Shown: positions 26,891 to 34,993 of the stretch, in pieces
Position numbering within the stretch: position 1 is the first letter of the stretch
Layout of the letters: the number at the start of each line of letters is the position of its first letter
Assembly: GCA_964534295.1 (NCBI GenBank)
Contig: CAZHOC010000001.1
Coordinates: forward strand, 1 to 45,442
Length of the DNA stretch: 45,442 bases
Source of the DNA: an uncultured Bacteroidia bacterium
GTDB taxonomy: Bacteria > Bacteroidota > Bacteroidia > J057
Direction of reading: 5' to 3'
Translations under genes and position numbers: made by a program
Notes under the pieces: model-generated
What the model was told of the DNA's origin: nothing
Database searches by the model: none
Seen by the model: the letters and a program-made list of their open reading frames with translations, nothing else

Positions 26891-28459
26891 ATGAAAAAAA
26901 TTCTTAGCAGTCTGCTTCTATGCCTAACCGCCACCACCAGCATACTGTTTGCCCAAAGCCCTCTCAAAACCCATACAGTCTCAATTTTTAAAGATGGTAC
27001 TGCTTTTTTCGTCCGTTCGGGTGAAGTTCCCCTACTCGAAAAAAGCTTTCGCATCGCCGAGGCCGATATGCCCAAGCCGCTTTATGGCTCCTTTTGGTTT
27101 CATGCTCCCGGTCAAACCAACTATACCGTAAGGCGAGTACAGGATACCATTCGCTCTACCGAGATTTATAACCAACTCTCCTCCTTACCTGAAAAGAATG
27201 TCGGCAAAAGAGTTCGCGTGCAGAGCAATGATACCTGGTATGATGGCGTCATCCTTTCTGCAGACAATATGATGCTTGTCCTCAAGCACAACGATGTCTG
27301 GATGCCCATTCAAACCAATAGCATCACTTTGATGCAGTTTTTTGACGAGCCCAACACCACTTTTGAAAGCAAAAAGGTCCAAAACAGCCTCCTGCTAGAT
27401 TTCCCCCGGGCTAAGTCGCGCCAAGATCTGGAAATGATGTACCTCCAAAAAGGCATCGCTTGGTTTCCTTCCTATATCCTTGAACTCGATGAAGAAGACA
27501 AAGCGCGCATTACTTTTCGCGCCGAAATCGTCAATGATGCGGAGGACTTAGAAGAGGCTAGCATCAATTTCGTCGTGGGAGTACCTAATTTTCGCTATTC
27601 CCAATCAGGGGAAACACCTCTAGTAAGTGATCTCAGTATCGTCCAAATGATGCGCATGATTGGGAGTGGAGGCAGTAGTCGCTTTGATGACAATGCTTTC
27701 CTCAGCAATTCACAGGTCATTGGCTATGCCTCCGATGGCCCGATGGGAGCCACTTTTGAGCCGATGCCGATCAACCAAAGTGCGGAAGGGAGCTCACTCG
27801 AAGACCTATATTTCTATCGCCTCGACGATATCAACCTGCCTAAAGGCGGCCGCGCCTCCTACAACATCTTGACCGCTGAGATTCCAGTGGCGCACGTTTA
27901 CGAATGCCAGTTACCGAGCAATAGCGCTAGCGCCGGATATTATCGTTCGCTAAGTGCGGAAGAAAAATACTCCGAGGTTACCCATAAGCTCAAACTGCAA
28001 AACAATACCGACCAACCCTTTACTACTGGCGCTGCTTTTGTCAGCCGTATCGTCGATGGGACCACCAATCCGATCAGCCAAGATCAGCTCAAGTATACGC
28101 CCGTTGGGGGAGAGACTTACCTCAAAATCACCACCGCTCCTGATGTGCGGGTTTCCTTCCAGGAGGAAGAAGCCGAAGTGGAGGAAAACGTCAAGCGCGA
28201 AGGCAAAATCAATTATGATCTGATCACGGTCAAAGGCACGGTTTCGGTCAAAAACTATAAAAACAAGGCCATTGATCTCAATGTGCGCCGGACCATTACC
28301 GGTAATCTCGATCAATCCAATCCTGATTGGTTGCAGGCCATCCGCGTCAATCTTAACCGCAATCTCAATGCGACCACCGACGTCTGTTGGGAACTCAAAC
28401 TCAAAGCGGGAGAAGAGCAAACGGTCGAATACAGCTATAAAATCTATGTCGCGAATTAG
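26891..28459 (+). CDS. Hypothetical secreted protein, possibly DUF4139-like
   Basis: 522 aa with signal peptide MKKILSSLLLCLTATTSILFAQS. The segment GIAWFPSYILELDEEDKARITFRAEIVNDAEDL resembles DUF4139 proteins as I remember them. The family call is tentative. Confidence 0.55.
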   Translation: MKKILSSLLLCLTATTSILFAQSPLKTHTVSIFKDGTAFFVRSGEVPLLEKSFRIAEADMPKPLYGSFWFHAPGQTNYTVRRVQDTIRSTEIYNQLSSLPEKNVGKRVRVQSNDTWYDGVILSADNMMLVLKHNDVWMPIQTNSITLMQFFDEPNTTFESKKVQNSLLLDFPRAKSRQDLEMMYLQKGIAWFPSYILELDEEDKARITFRAEIVNDAEDLEEASINFVVGVPNFRYSQSGETPLVSDLSIVQMMRMIGSGGSSRFDDNAFLSNSQVIGYASDGPMGATFEPMPINQSAEGSSLEDLYFYRLDDINLPKGGRASYNILTAEIPVAHVYECQLPSNSASAGYYRSLSAEEKYSEVTHKLKLQNNTDQPFTTGAAFVSRIVDGTTNPISQDQLKYTPVGGETYLKITTAPDVRVSFQEEEAEVEENVKREGKINYDLITVKGTVSVKNYKNKAIDLNVRRTITGNLDQSNPDWLQAIRVNLNRNLNATTDVCWELKLKAGEEQTVEYSYKIYVAN

Positions 28460-29306
28460 TGTAGTTGGCGGCATCATCATGGATATCAAGGGTCTCCCAT
28501 TTGCGGGGGCCCTTTTGCATAATTCCAATGCCGGGCAGATCACTTATGCCCCCGGTGGGGTAGGGCGAAACATTGCTGAGAACCTCGCCCGTCTTGACAT
28601 ACCAATAAGTATGTATGGAGTTGTCGGAGATGATCCCTTCGGGGAACGCTTAGTCAAGGATGGCCAAAAGATGGGGATTGATATGTCTGGGGTCATCACG
28701 CTAGCAGGGGGAAGGACCGCAGTTGATCTCAATATTTTGCAGGAGGATGGCGACCTATGGGTTTCGGTGACGGAGCTCTCCATTACGGAGCAGTTGCGGG
28801 TAGAGGACTTGGCCCGCTGCGCGGAACGCTTATTCGATGCGGCCTATTTGGTGGTAGACGCCAACTTATCGGTGGAGGTATTGCAATATCTCTTGACCGA
28901 GGCCAATCAGCGGCAGATTCCCTTCATCATCGATCCGGTTACTATCCAGTTCACCGCCAAACTCAATGCCCTCCAGGGCAATATCACCATTGCGACGCCC
29001 AATCGCCGCGAAGCTGAGCAAATCACTCGCACTGTGGATAAGCTGTTGATAAGCTGTGGAGAGAAAGGCTGTATCTCTAAAATAGGGGAATTAGAACAAG
29101 TTTTCCCCAGCTTTAGCGTGGATAAAGTCGTCGATAGCACCGGAGCGGGTGATGCTTTCTTGGCCGGGCTGGTGGCGGGGCTCTATTATCAACACGATTG
29201 GGAGACGAGTATCCAATGGGGGCAGGCCTGTGCTGCTTTGACCATACAGACCGATCGTAATGTGCGCACTGACATGAGTCTAGAGAAACTTCAGGACTTG
29301 TTGTAA
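28446..29306 (+). CDS. psuK: PfkB-family carbohydrate kinase, predicted pseudouridine kinase
   Basis: MSRISVVGGIIMDIKG...YAPGGVGRNIAENLA matches E. coli YeiC (TPGGVGRNIAQNLA), and the C-terminal motif is TGAGDAFLAGL. I place the start at the ATG at 28446. The track start at 28272 would add 58 residues that overlap the upstream gene. Confidence 0.82.
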   Translation: MSRISVVGGIIMDIKGLPFAGALLHNSNAGQITYAPGGVGRNIAENLARLDIPISMYGVVGDDPFGERLVKDGQKMGIDMSGVITLAGGRTAVDLNILQEDGDLWVSVTELSITEQLRVEDLARCAERLFDAAYLVVDANLSVEVLQYLLTEANQRQIPFIIDPVTIQFTAKLNALQGNITIATPNRREAEQITRTVDKLLISCGEKGCISKIGELEQVFPSFSVDKVVDSTGAGDAFLAGLVAGLYYQHDWETSIQWGQACAALTIQTDRNVRTDMSLEKLQDLL

Positions 29307-29315
29307 TTTCGCAGC

Positions 29316-30224
29316 ATGTCCTTTCTCGAATATACCCACGAACTCAAAGCCGCCATTGCCAATGGCGAACCCATCGTCGCGCTCGAATCTACTATCATCG
29401 CCCATGGGATGCCTTATCCCCAAAACAAGAAAACGGCCGAAACCCTGGAAGGCATCATCCGCGAGACCGGAGCCATTCCCGCGACTATCGCCATTTTGCA
29501 GGGTAAGGTACGCATCGGCCTTGGCCCTGATGAACTAGAATACCTCGCTTCTCACCCAGAAGTCCACAAAGCCAGTCGTCGCGATTTTGGTTTGATTCTT
29601 TCCAAGGGAGAAAGCGCGGCTACTACGGTGGCTGCAACCATGATCGGCGCCAATATGGCGGGCATCCAGATTTTCGCCACTGGCGGTATTGGAGGCGTTC
29701 ACCGTGGTGCAGCAGAGACTTTTGACATCTCTGCAGACCTACAAGAATTGGCGCGTACACCAGTCGCGGTGGTTTCGGCAGGTGCTAAATCCATTCTCGA
29801 TCTGCGCTTGACTCTGGAGTATCTCGAAACCATGGGCGTACCCGTCGTGGGAGTGGGGACGGATGAGTTTCCGGCCTTTTATACGGATCGTAGCGGCATC
29901 AAAACCCCATCTAGACTGGATACTCCCGCCGAAATCGCTCAGATGCTGCATACACAGTGGAGTCTGGGTTTTGAACAAGGCGTTTTACTCGCCAATCCGA
30001 TTCCAAGCCAGTTTGCCATGGACCCCGAGGCCATAGAAGATGTGATTTCTCGTGCTTTGCGCGAAGCCGAAGCCCGCAATATCACTGGCAAAGAGCTGAC
30101 GCCTTACCTCCTCGGCCGCATCAAAGAACTTACCGCAGGCGATAGCCTCTTTTCCAATATCGAATTGGTCAAAAACAACGCACGCCTAGCGGCCCAAATC
30201 GCCATCGAGTTGGCAAATAAGTAG
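29316..30224 (+). CDS. psuG: Pseudouridine-5'-phosphate glycosidase
   Basis: 302 aa. VALESTIIAHGMPYPQN, ATGGIGGVHRGAAETFDISADLQELART and SAGAKSILDL closely match E. coli YeiN/PsuG. Confidence 0.93.
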   Translation: MSFLEYTHELKAAIANGEPIVALESTIIAHGMPYPQNKKTAETLEGIIRETGAIPATIAILQGKVRIGLGPDELEYLASHPEVHKASRRDFGLILSKGESAATTVAATMIGANMAGIQIFATGGIGGVHRGAAETFDISADLQELARTPVAVVSAGAKSILDLRLTLEYLETMGVPVVGVGTDEFPAFYTDRSGIKTPSRLDTPAEIAQMLHTQWSLGFEQGVLLANPIPSQFAMDPEAIEDVISRALREAEARNITGKELTPYLLGRIKELTAGDSLFSNIELVKNNARLAAQIAIELANK

Positions 30225-30809
30225 GCTACGGCATGCATGCCGTGTCTACCGTCAATTTTCCTTTCGAGCGAGCGCAGCGAGGAGAAATCTCCTATCAGCA
30301 TTTAGTAAGTTCAACTTGAAGCCAAGGAGATTTCTCGTCGGCGGTTGGCCTCCGTCGAAATGACTTATAGGAAGATTGAATGCCGCAGAGCTCAGTGGTA
30401 CATAAGAGAATTCAAGCTTAGGCACAAATCATCATTGTCATCCTGAGCGATAGCCGAAGGACCTTTAGGTTGCTTTACCGCTTCGCGGAACGCTTGGCAT
30501 AATGCTACGGCATGCATGCCGTGTCTACCGTCAATTTTCCTTTCGAGCGAGCGCAGCGACGAGAAATCTCCTATCAGCAATTAGTAAGTTCAACTTGAAG
30601 CCAAGGAGATTTCTCGTCGGCCGTCGGCCTCCGTCGAAATGACTTATAGGGAGATTGAATGCCACAGAGCTCAGTGGTACATAAGAGAATTCAAGTTTAG
30701 GCACAAATCATCATTGTCATCCTGAGCGATAGCCGAAGGACCTTTAGGGAGATTGGGGCGACAAGGCACTGCCTTGTCGCCTGCTAGAGACAAGCGTTCT
30801 GCGCAGCAG
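30225..30809. repeat. Tandem pair (period 279 bp) of a 245-bp repeat unit; the second unit sits inside a complete TIR-bounded element E3 (30478-30809)
   Basis: The units span 30225-30469 and 30504-30748 and are nearly identical. Each reads gctacggcatgcatgccgtg...long hairpin...gtcatcctgagcgatagccgaaggacctttagg. A left TIR ccgcttcgcggaacgcttgg (30478) lies between the units. After the second unit come the palindrome gcgacaaggcactgccttgtcgc and the right TIR caagcgttctgcgcagcag. Confidence 0.85.
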
Positions 30810-30891
30810 TCCTCCCAAACACAATCCAACTTCACAACCTTATTTAGTTTACTGAGTTTTATCTATAGCAACCAACCATAAATGAAAACTC

Positions 30892-31488
30892 ATGCATAAT
30901 TTGAAGTTCTCCTTTTACTTACTCGCCTTGCTGGTATTGCTCACTGCTTGTGCTAGCTCCAAGCAAATCAATCAGGTCTATACCGCCTCTCTCAATGATT
31001 CTAATGCGCTCCCCGAGGAAATAGGAAAGGGAGACTATGTTCTATTGGTCCAAAAGACAGGAGTGAGAAAAATGGATCGGGTTTTTGGTAATCATCTTGC
31101 CAATCACTACAGGGGAAAAGTACAAGAGATTTACTTCCCTGAAATTGAAGAGCAGGAAGGGTATAAGTTGAAAAAAGCGCAACCTCTTGGAGAGAGTAAC
31201 TACAATATCAGTGTGAATCCCTACTTTGAAGGCGAGTTTGCAGATAGTGAAAAGTACCGATTCTTTTTGGGTATTGATTTTCGGATCCGTGTAGTGAAGG
31301 AGGAGGAAATATTTCCTGAGCCAGGGGAAGCTAAATATAACTCAAGTATTAGTTATGATTTCACCTATTACATCCTAGACCGCCAAAAAGGCAAAACCTA
31401 TGTTTGCCCTCGAGGGGTTAACAACTTTTCAGATAAGTTTGAAGGTTATATCAAAGCCCTTGAGCAAGTGCGACAGCTAGGAAGCTAA
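30892..31488 (+). CDS. Hypothetical lipoprotein
   Basis: 198 aa with lipobox LLVLLTACASS. I do not recognise the family. Confidence 0.55.
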   Translation: MHNLKFSFYLLALLVLLTACASSKQINQVYTASLNDSNALPEEIGKGDYVLLVQKTGVRKMDRVFGNHLANHYRGKVQEIYFPEIEEQEGYKLKKAQPLGESNYNISVNPYFEGEFADSEKYRFFLGIDFRIRVVKEEEIFPEPGEAKYNSSISYDFTYYILDRQKGKTYVCPRGVNNFSDKFEGYIKALEQVRQLGS

Positions 31489-31639
31489 AATTCCCTAAAA
31501 ATAAATCATTGCTTGTTCGGCACGCATGCCGAACTCAGAAGGCAACAAATGAGCTAATCTCTTCACTTTTTGAATCAACAACTTGCCCAAATCTCATTAA
31601 TTCCTTAACTCAACGTCTCAACCAACCAACTATTCAAAA

Positions 31640-31939
31640 ATGTTTGTACACCACGTTTTCTTTTGGCTCAATCCCGGCAATGATGACAAGCGCGATTATT
31701 TCGTCGAGCAGATGCAGGAGCTATGTAAAATTGATTTGATTCGTGAAAGTCGCATTGGCGTAGTTTCTCCTTCGGATCGTGAGGTGGTGGACAGTACTTA
31801 TGACTACTCTTTGCTCGTATTATTTGACAATAAGGCGGACCATGATGCTTATCAGGTGCATCCTGATCACGATGTGTTTATCGCCAATTGCAAGGATCTT
31901 TGGGCGAGAGTACAGGTATATGATGCCATAGATGTCTAA
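31640..31939 (+). CDS. Dabb (stress-responsive alpha-beta barrel) domain protein
   Basis: 99 aa. MFVHHVFFWL...DYSLLVLFDNKADHDAYQVHPDHDVF fits the Dabb pattern. It has an 8-nt overlap with the next gene. Confidence 0.75.
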   Translation: MFVHHVFFWLNPGNDDKRDYFVEQMQELCKIDLIRESRIGVVSPSDREVVDSTYDYSLLVLFDNKADHDAYQVHPDHDVFIANCKDLWARVQVYDAIDV

Positions 31940-32525
31940 GGCTTATTCTATCCCCATTGAGGACGGTGAGTTGATTTATGATCCCGATTTTTTGGGAGTG
32001 GGGGAGAGGCGTTCCCTGCGGGAATACTTAATCGAAAACGTTGCCTGGCGGCAAGAACCCATCAAAATATTTGGCAAAGAGGTGATGCAGCCGCGCCTGA
32101 CGGCCTGGTATGGTGATCCCGATACGGCCTATTCGTATTCGGGCATTGTGATGGAGCCTTTGCCTTGGACAGAACCTCTAGCCGAGATCAAAAAGCGGAT
32201 CGAAGACTTTGCTGGGACGCCCTTTAACAGCGTTTTGCTCAATTACTATCGCGATGGGCAAGATAGCATGGGCTGGCACAGCGATAATGAACCCGAGCTA
32301 GGTCCTAATCCTGTAATCGCTTCCCTCAGTTTGGGTGGGGTTCGTCGCTTTCATCTGAAGCATCGTAAGCGTAAAGAGCTAGAAACCAAACGAATGGATC
32401 TGTTAGATGGCAGCCTTCTCGTCATGGGAGGCGCTTTGCAGCATCATTGGCTACATCAAATATCAAAAACCAAGAAAGCAGTAGCGGGGAGAATCAATTT
32501 GACTTTTCGGGAGGTGAAGCGATAA
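31932..32525 (+). CDS. alkB: Alpha-ketoglutarate/Fe(II)-dependent dioxygenase, AlkB/ALKBH2-3-like
   Basis: 197 aa. Motifs are NSVLLNYYRDGQDSMGWHSDNEPELG (HxD), HHWLHQI (distal His) and RINLTFR. Confidence 0.85.
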   Translation: MSKAYSIPIEDGELIYDPDFLGVGERRSLREYLIENVAWRQEPIKIFGKEVMQPRLTAWYGDPDTAYSYSGIVMEPLPWTEPLAEIKKRIEDFAGTPFNSVLLNYYRDGQDSMGWHSDNEPELGPNPVIASLSLGGVRRFHLKHRKRKELETKRMDLLDGSLLVMGGALQHHWLHQISKTKKAVAGRINLTFREVKR

Positions 32526-32551
32526 CTTAGCATCGCACAATCAACTCCTTT

Positions 32552-33313
32552 ATGAAAACACTTATTATTTGTCTTTTTACGGCTTTGTTATTGACGGCTT
32601 GCTTTGGCAATCGCAAGAAGGCGAGCTTTGGCTTGAAAGTAAAAGAGCTAGAAAAGGAAGAAAATGCCGAGGATTCAGAGTCCTATGTTCGTAAACTCCG
32701 CTCTATTGAATACTGCAAGCAGTATGAGATTCCCGTCAATGTCTATCTGCCAGAGATAGAAACTGAGGCACAAACCAAAATCAGAAGTAAAGAAGAGATC
32801 GTCTCGCGTACTTTTGCGCTCCTCTATCTTGGCATCAAAAGCGAAGGCACCGAGGCCGAAAAGCTCAAGGAGCTAGAAGATAAATATGATATACGAGAAT
32901 GCTTCAGCATCAATGAACTCGCTTATGTAGATGCCAAGAGTCCTACTCAACAGCAAACGGTCAATGCCAATTGGCGCTATGAAAGCATGCATGTCATGCT
33001 CTGGGCTTTGGGCTATATCGATAGCCTAAGCTATCCTAGTCAAATCTGCAATGTGGGCGAGGATGTCCTCTTGGTTTGGGAAAACAGCAAAGAAGAATTT
33101 ATCGCCAAGGCGCAGCTCCGTAGCAAAAAAGAAATTCTCGATCAGGCCGATTTGATCTATCGCATCCATTGGGCCTGCGTAGATGCGCGCATCCAAAATC
33201 AGGCCGCTCCCAGCGATCTTAACAACAGCGTTGTCTATGAGCGCCACTACGCCCTCAATTGGTTGATCAATTATCTGGACCAAGATTGGGACAATGTCTC
33301 AACTGATACCTAG
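32552..33313 (+). CDS. Hypothetical lipoprotein (possibly DUF4272-like)
   Basis: 253 aa with lipobox LLLTACFG. The family assignment rests only on my recollection of the NWRYESMHVMLWALGYI type motif. Confidence 0.5.
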   Translation: MKTLIICLFTALLLTACFGNRKKASFGLKVKELEKEENAEDSESYVRKLRSIEYCKQYEIPVNVYLPEIETEAQTKIRSKEEIVSRTFALLYLGIKSEGTEAEKLKELEDKYDIRECFSINELAYVDAKSPTQQQTVNANWRYESMHVMLWALGYIDSLSYPSQICNVGEDVLLVWENSKEEFIAKAQLRSKKEILDQADLIYRIHWACVDARIQNQAAPSDLNNSVVYERHYALNWLINYLDQDWDNVSTDT

Positions 33314-33355
33314 AAAGTACAGCATCACAGCCTCAACCTATTAAAACACAATCTT

Positions 33356-33820
33356 ATGGAAACACATGAAATTGAATCGCCGGAGTTCAATCTCGCCACC
33401 GATCAGGCTACTTTTTCTAGTCTTAAGGAGCGCGTGCAAGCCGTCTTTTTTGATGGCTTGATCATTCTCTTCATTGCCTTTGTTTGCTTTAGCGGCTTGG
33501 ATTCGCTGGGTTTTGCCGACTCTCCGCTCAAAGCGCCGCTTTTCATTTTGCTCTTTGTCCTCTACGATCCCTTGATGATTGCCTTTGCTGGCGGCACGAT
33601 TGGCCACAAAATGTTCAATCTAGAGGTGAAGCGATCCGACAATCACGAGAAGAATATTAACATTCTCTTGGCTATTTTTCGTTTTGCCATCAAGACCTTT
33701 TTGGGTTGGATTTCTCTCTTAACCATCACTGGCAATGCCGAGAAACGTGCCTTTCATGACTTTGCCGGAGGCTCAGTTGTGCTTAAGAAACGGAAGGTAA
33801 AAGTAGCGGAAGTCGACTAG
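33356..33820 (+). CDS. RDD-family membrane protein
   Basis: 154 aa. Its size and three-TM layout resemble RDD-family proteins. Confidence 0.6.
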   Translation: METHEIESPEFNLATDQATFSSLKERVQAVFFDGLIILFIAFVCFSGLDSLGFADSPLKAPLFILLFVLYDPLMIAFAGGTIGHKMFNLEVKRSDNHEKNINILLAIFRFAIKTFLGWISLLTITGNAEKRAFHDFAGGSVVLKKRKVKVAEVD

Positions 33821-33897
33821 AGAGCAACAATTCGCCGGATTAATTACTATTTTCCATCAGCTTCAGCAATGTGCTCTGAGCGTTAATCCTGCAATAC

Positions 33898-34779
33898 ATG
33901 CGTCCTAGTTTCTCTTCTCGTCTTATTTCTACCATCCTCAAATGGTCTAAGCTCAAAACCCAAGTCGAAAAACGCGTCAATAAACCCATCAAGCGATCGC
34001 AAAAAGCTTTTATGCCGCAGGCGGTCGCTCAGGCTTATCAGGCCCATTCTCAAGAGGTCGCCGGTAAAACGCTAGCCACCTTTGCGGACAAAAAGCAAGT
34101 CAGTCAGACCCACGTGATTTTTTTGCATGGCGGCGCCTACGTGTTTGAAGCCATCGGCGGGCATTGGGATATCGCGAAAAAGATAGTGGCGCAAATCCAT
34201 TGTCGGATGACGCTGATCGATTATCCCTTAGCGCCCGAATCTACCTATAAAGATGCTTTCGCTATGCTAGCGGAGGCCTATGATTTGCTGGGTGAGCAAT
34301 ACCCTGACGATCAATTTGTCTTGATGGGTGACTCTGCCGGAGCGGGGCTAGCCTTGGCTTTCAACCAAATGTTGATTAAACAAAATCATCCTCGACTACC
34401 TGTCAAAACAGTCCTTATCTCGCCTTGGCTCGACTTGACTATGCTCAATCCAGAGGTAGATAAATTTGCTAAAACCGACCATTTGCTGACGGTCAATATG
34501 CTGCAAAGCGCAGGTTCACTATATGCAGGCGGCGATGATCAGACCCAATATTTGCTTTCCCCCATCAATGGTGAGTTCGATGACCTACCTCCCACTTTGG
34601 TCTTGTATAGCAATACTGAATTGTTTTATCCGGATTGCATCAAACTCAAGGTGCTGGCCACGGCCGTCAATGTCAATTTTCAATTCAAGGAGTATCATAA
34701 GATGCTGCACGATTGGCTGGTCTTTCCTATGCCTGAAAGGCAAGAAGCGATTGATGATATTTGCGCCTTTTTGGGGTAG
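33898..34779 (+). CDS. Alpha/beta hydrolase, HSL-type esterase/lipase (fold-3)
   Basis: 293 aa. The oxyanion motif is FLHGGAY and the nucleophile elbow is GDSAGAGLA. The C-terminus has a catalytic His context (HDWLVF). Confidence 0.85.
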   Translation: MRPSFSSRLISTILKWSKLKTQVEKRVNKPIKRSQKAFMPQAVAQAYQAHSQEVAGKTLATFADKKQVSQTHVIFLHGGAYVFEAIGGHWDIAKKIVAQIHCRMTLIDYPLAPESTYKDAFAMLAEAYDLLGEQYPDDQFVLMGDSAGAGLALAFNQMLIKQNHPRLPVKTVLISPWLDLTMLNPEVDKFAKTDHLLTVNMLQSAGSLYAGGDDQTQYLLSPINGEFDDLPPTLVLYSNTELFYPDCIKLKVLATAVNVNFQFKEYHKMLHDWLVFPMPERQEAIDDICAFLG

Positions 34780-34910
34780 TTGCGGAAAAACTTCAAGCTA
34801 GTATTTAAAGATCCCGGATAATGCTTATTCTTCGCATTTCCGGGATGACCTTTGGGGGTATTATCATAAGGGGTAATTGCGGCATGCATGCCCCAACTAC
34901 AATCGAATAT

Positions 34911-34926
34911 GCGTTCCGCGAAGCGG
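34911..34926. repeat. Solo terminal motif (gcgttccgcgaagcgg) next to a gcggcatgcatgcc palindrome
   Basis: It lies in the convergent intergenic region, 68 nt beyond the stop of the 34994..37435 gene. The ggcatgcatgcc module at 34880-34891 recurs at 30230 and 30509. Confidence 0.6.
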
Positions 34927-34993
34927 CAAAAAAAAACACCACCATCCCAATCAGTATCGGAATAGCGGCGCCACTGCGGTATAAAAGATTGCA

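Noticed and set aside
28272-28445. The track places the kinase ORF start at 28272.
   Set aside because: That extension (MISMCAGPLPVISINP...) overlaps the 3' end of the upstream gene in another frame and has no kinase homology. The YeiC-like N-terminus begins at the ATG at 28446.
27950-28543. Long antisense ORFs: 27950..28543 - (197 aa), 36170..36703 + (177 aa), 41321..41941 + (206 aa), 43899..44273 + (124 aa) and 8238..8663 - (141 aa).
   Set aside because: Each lies fully inside a well-supported gene on the opposite strand and has a low-complexity or odd composition. None has a recognisable motif.
30225-30809. The repeated units could be a CRISPR array.
   Set aside because: There are only two copies of a 245-bp unit at a 279-bp period. 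There are no short direct repeats alternating with unique spacers, and no cas genes. This is a tandem mobile-element duplication.
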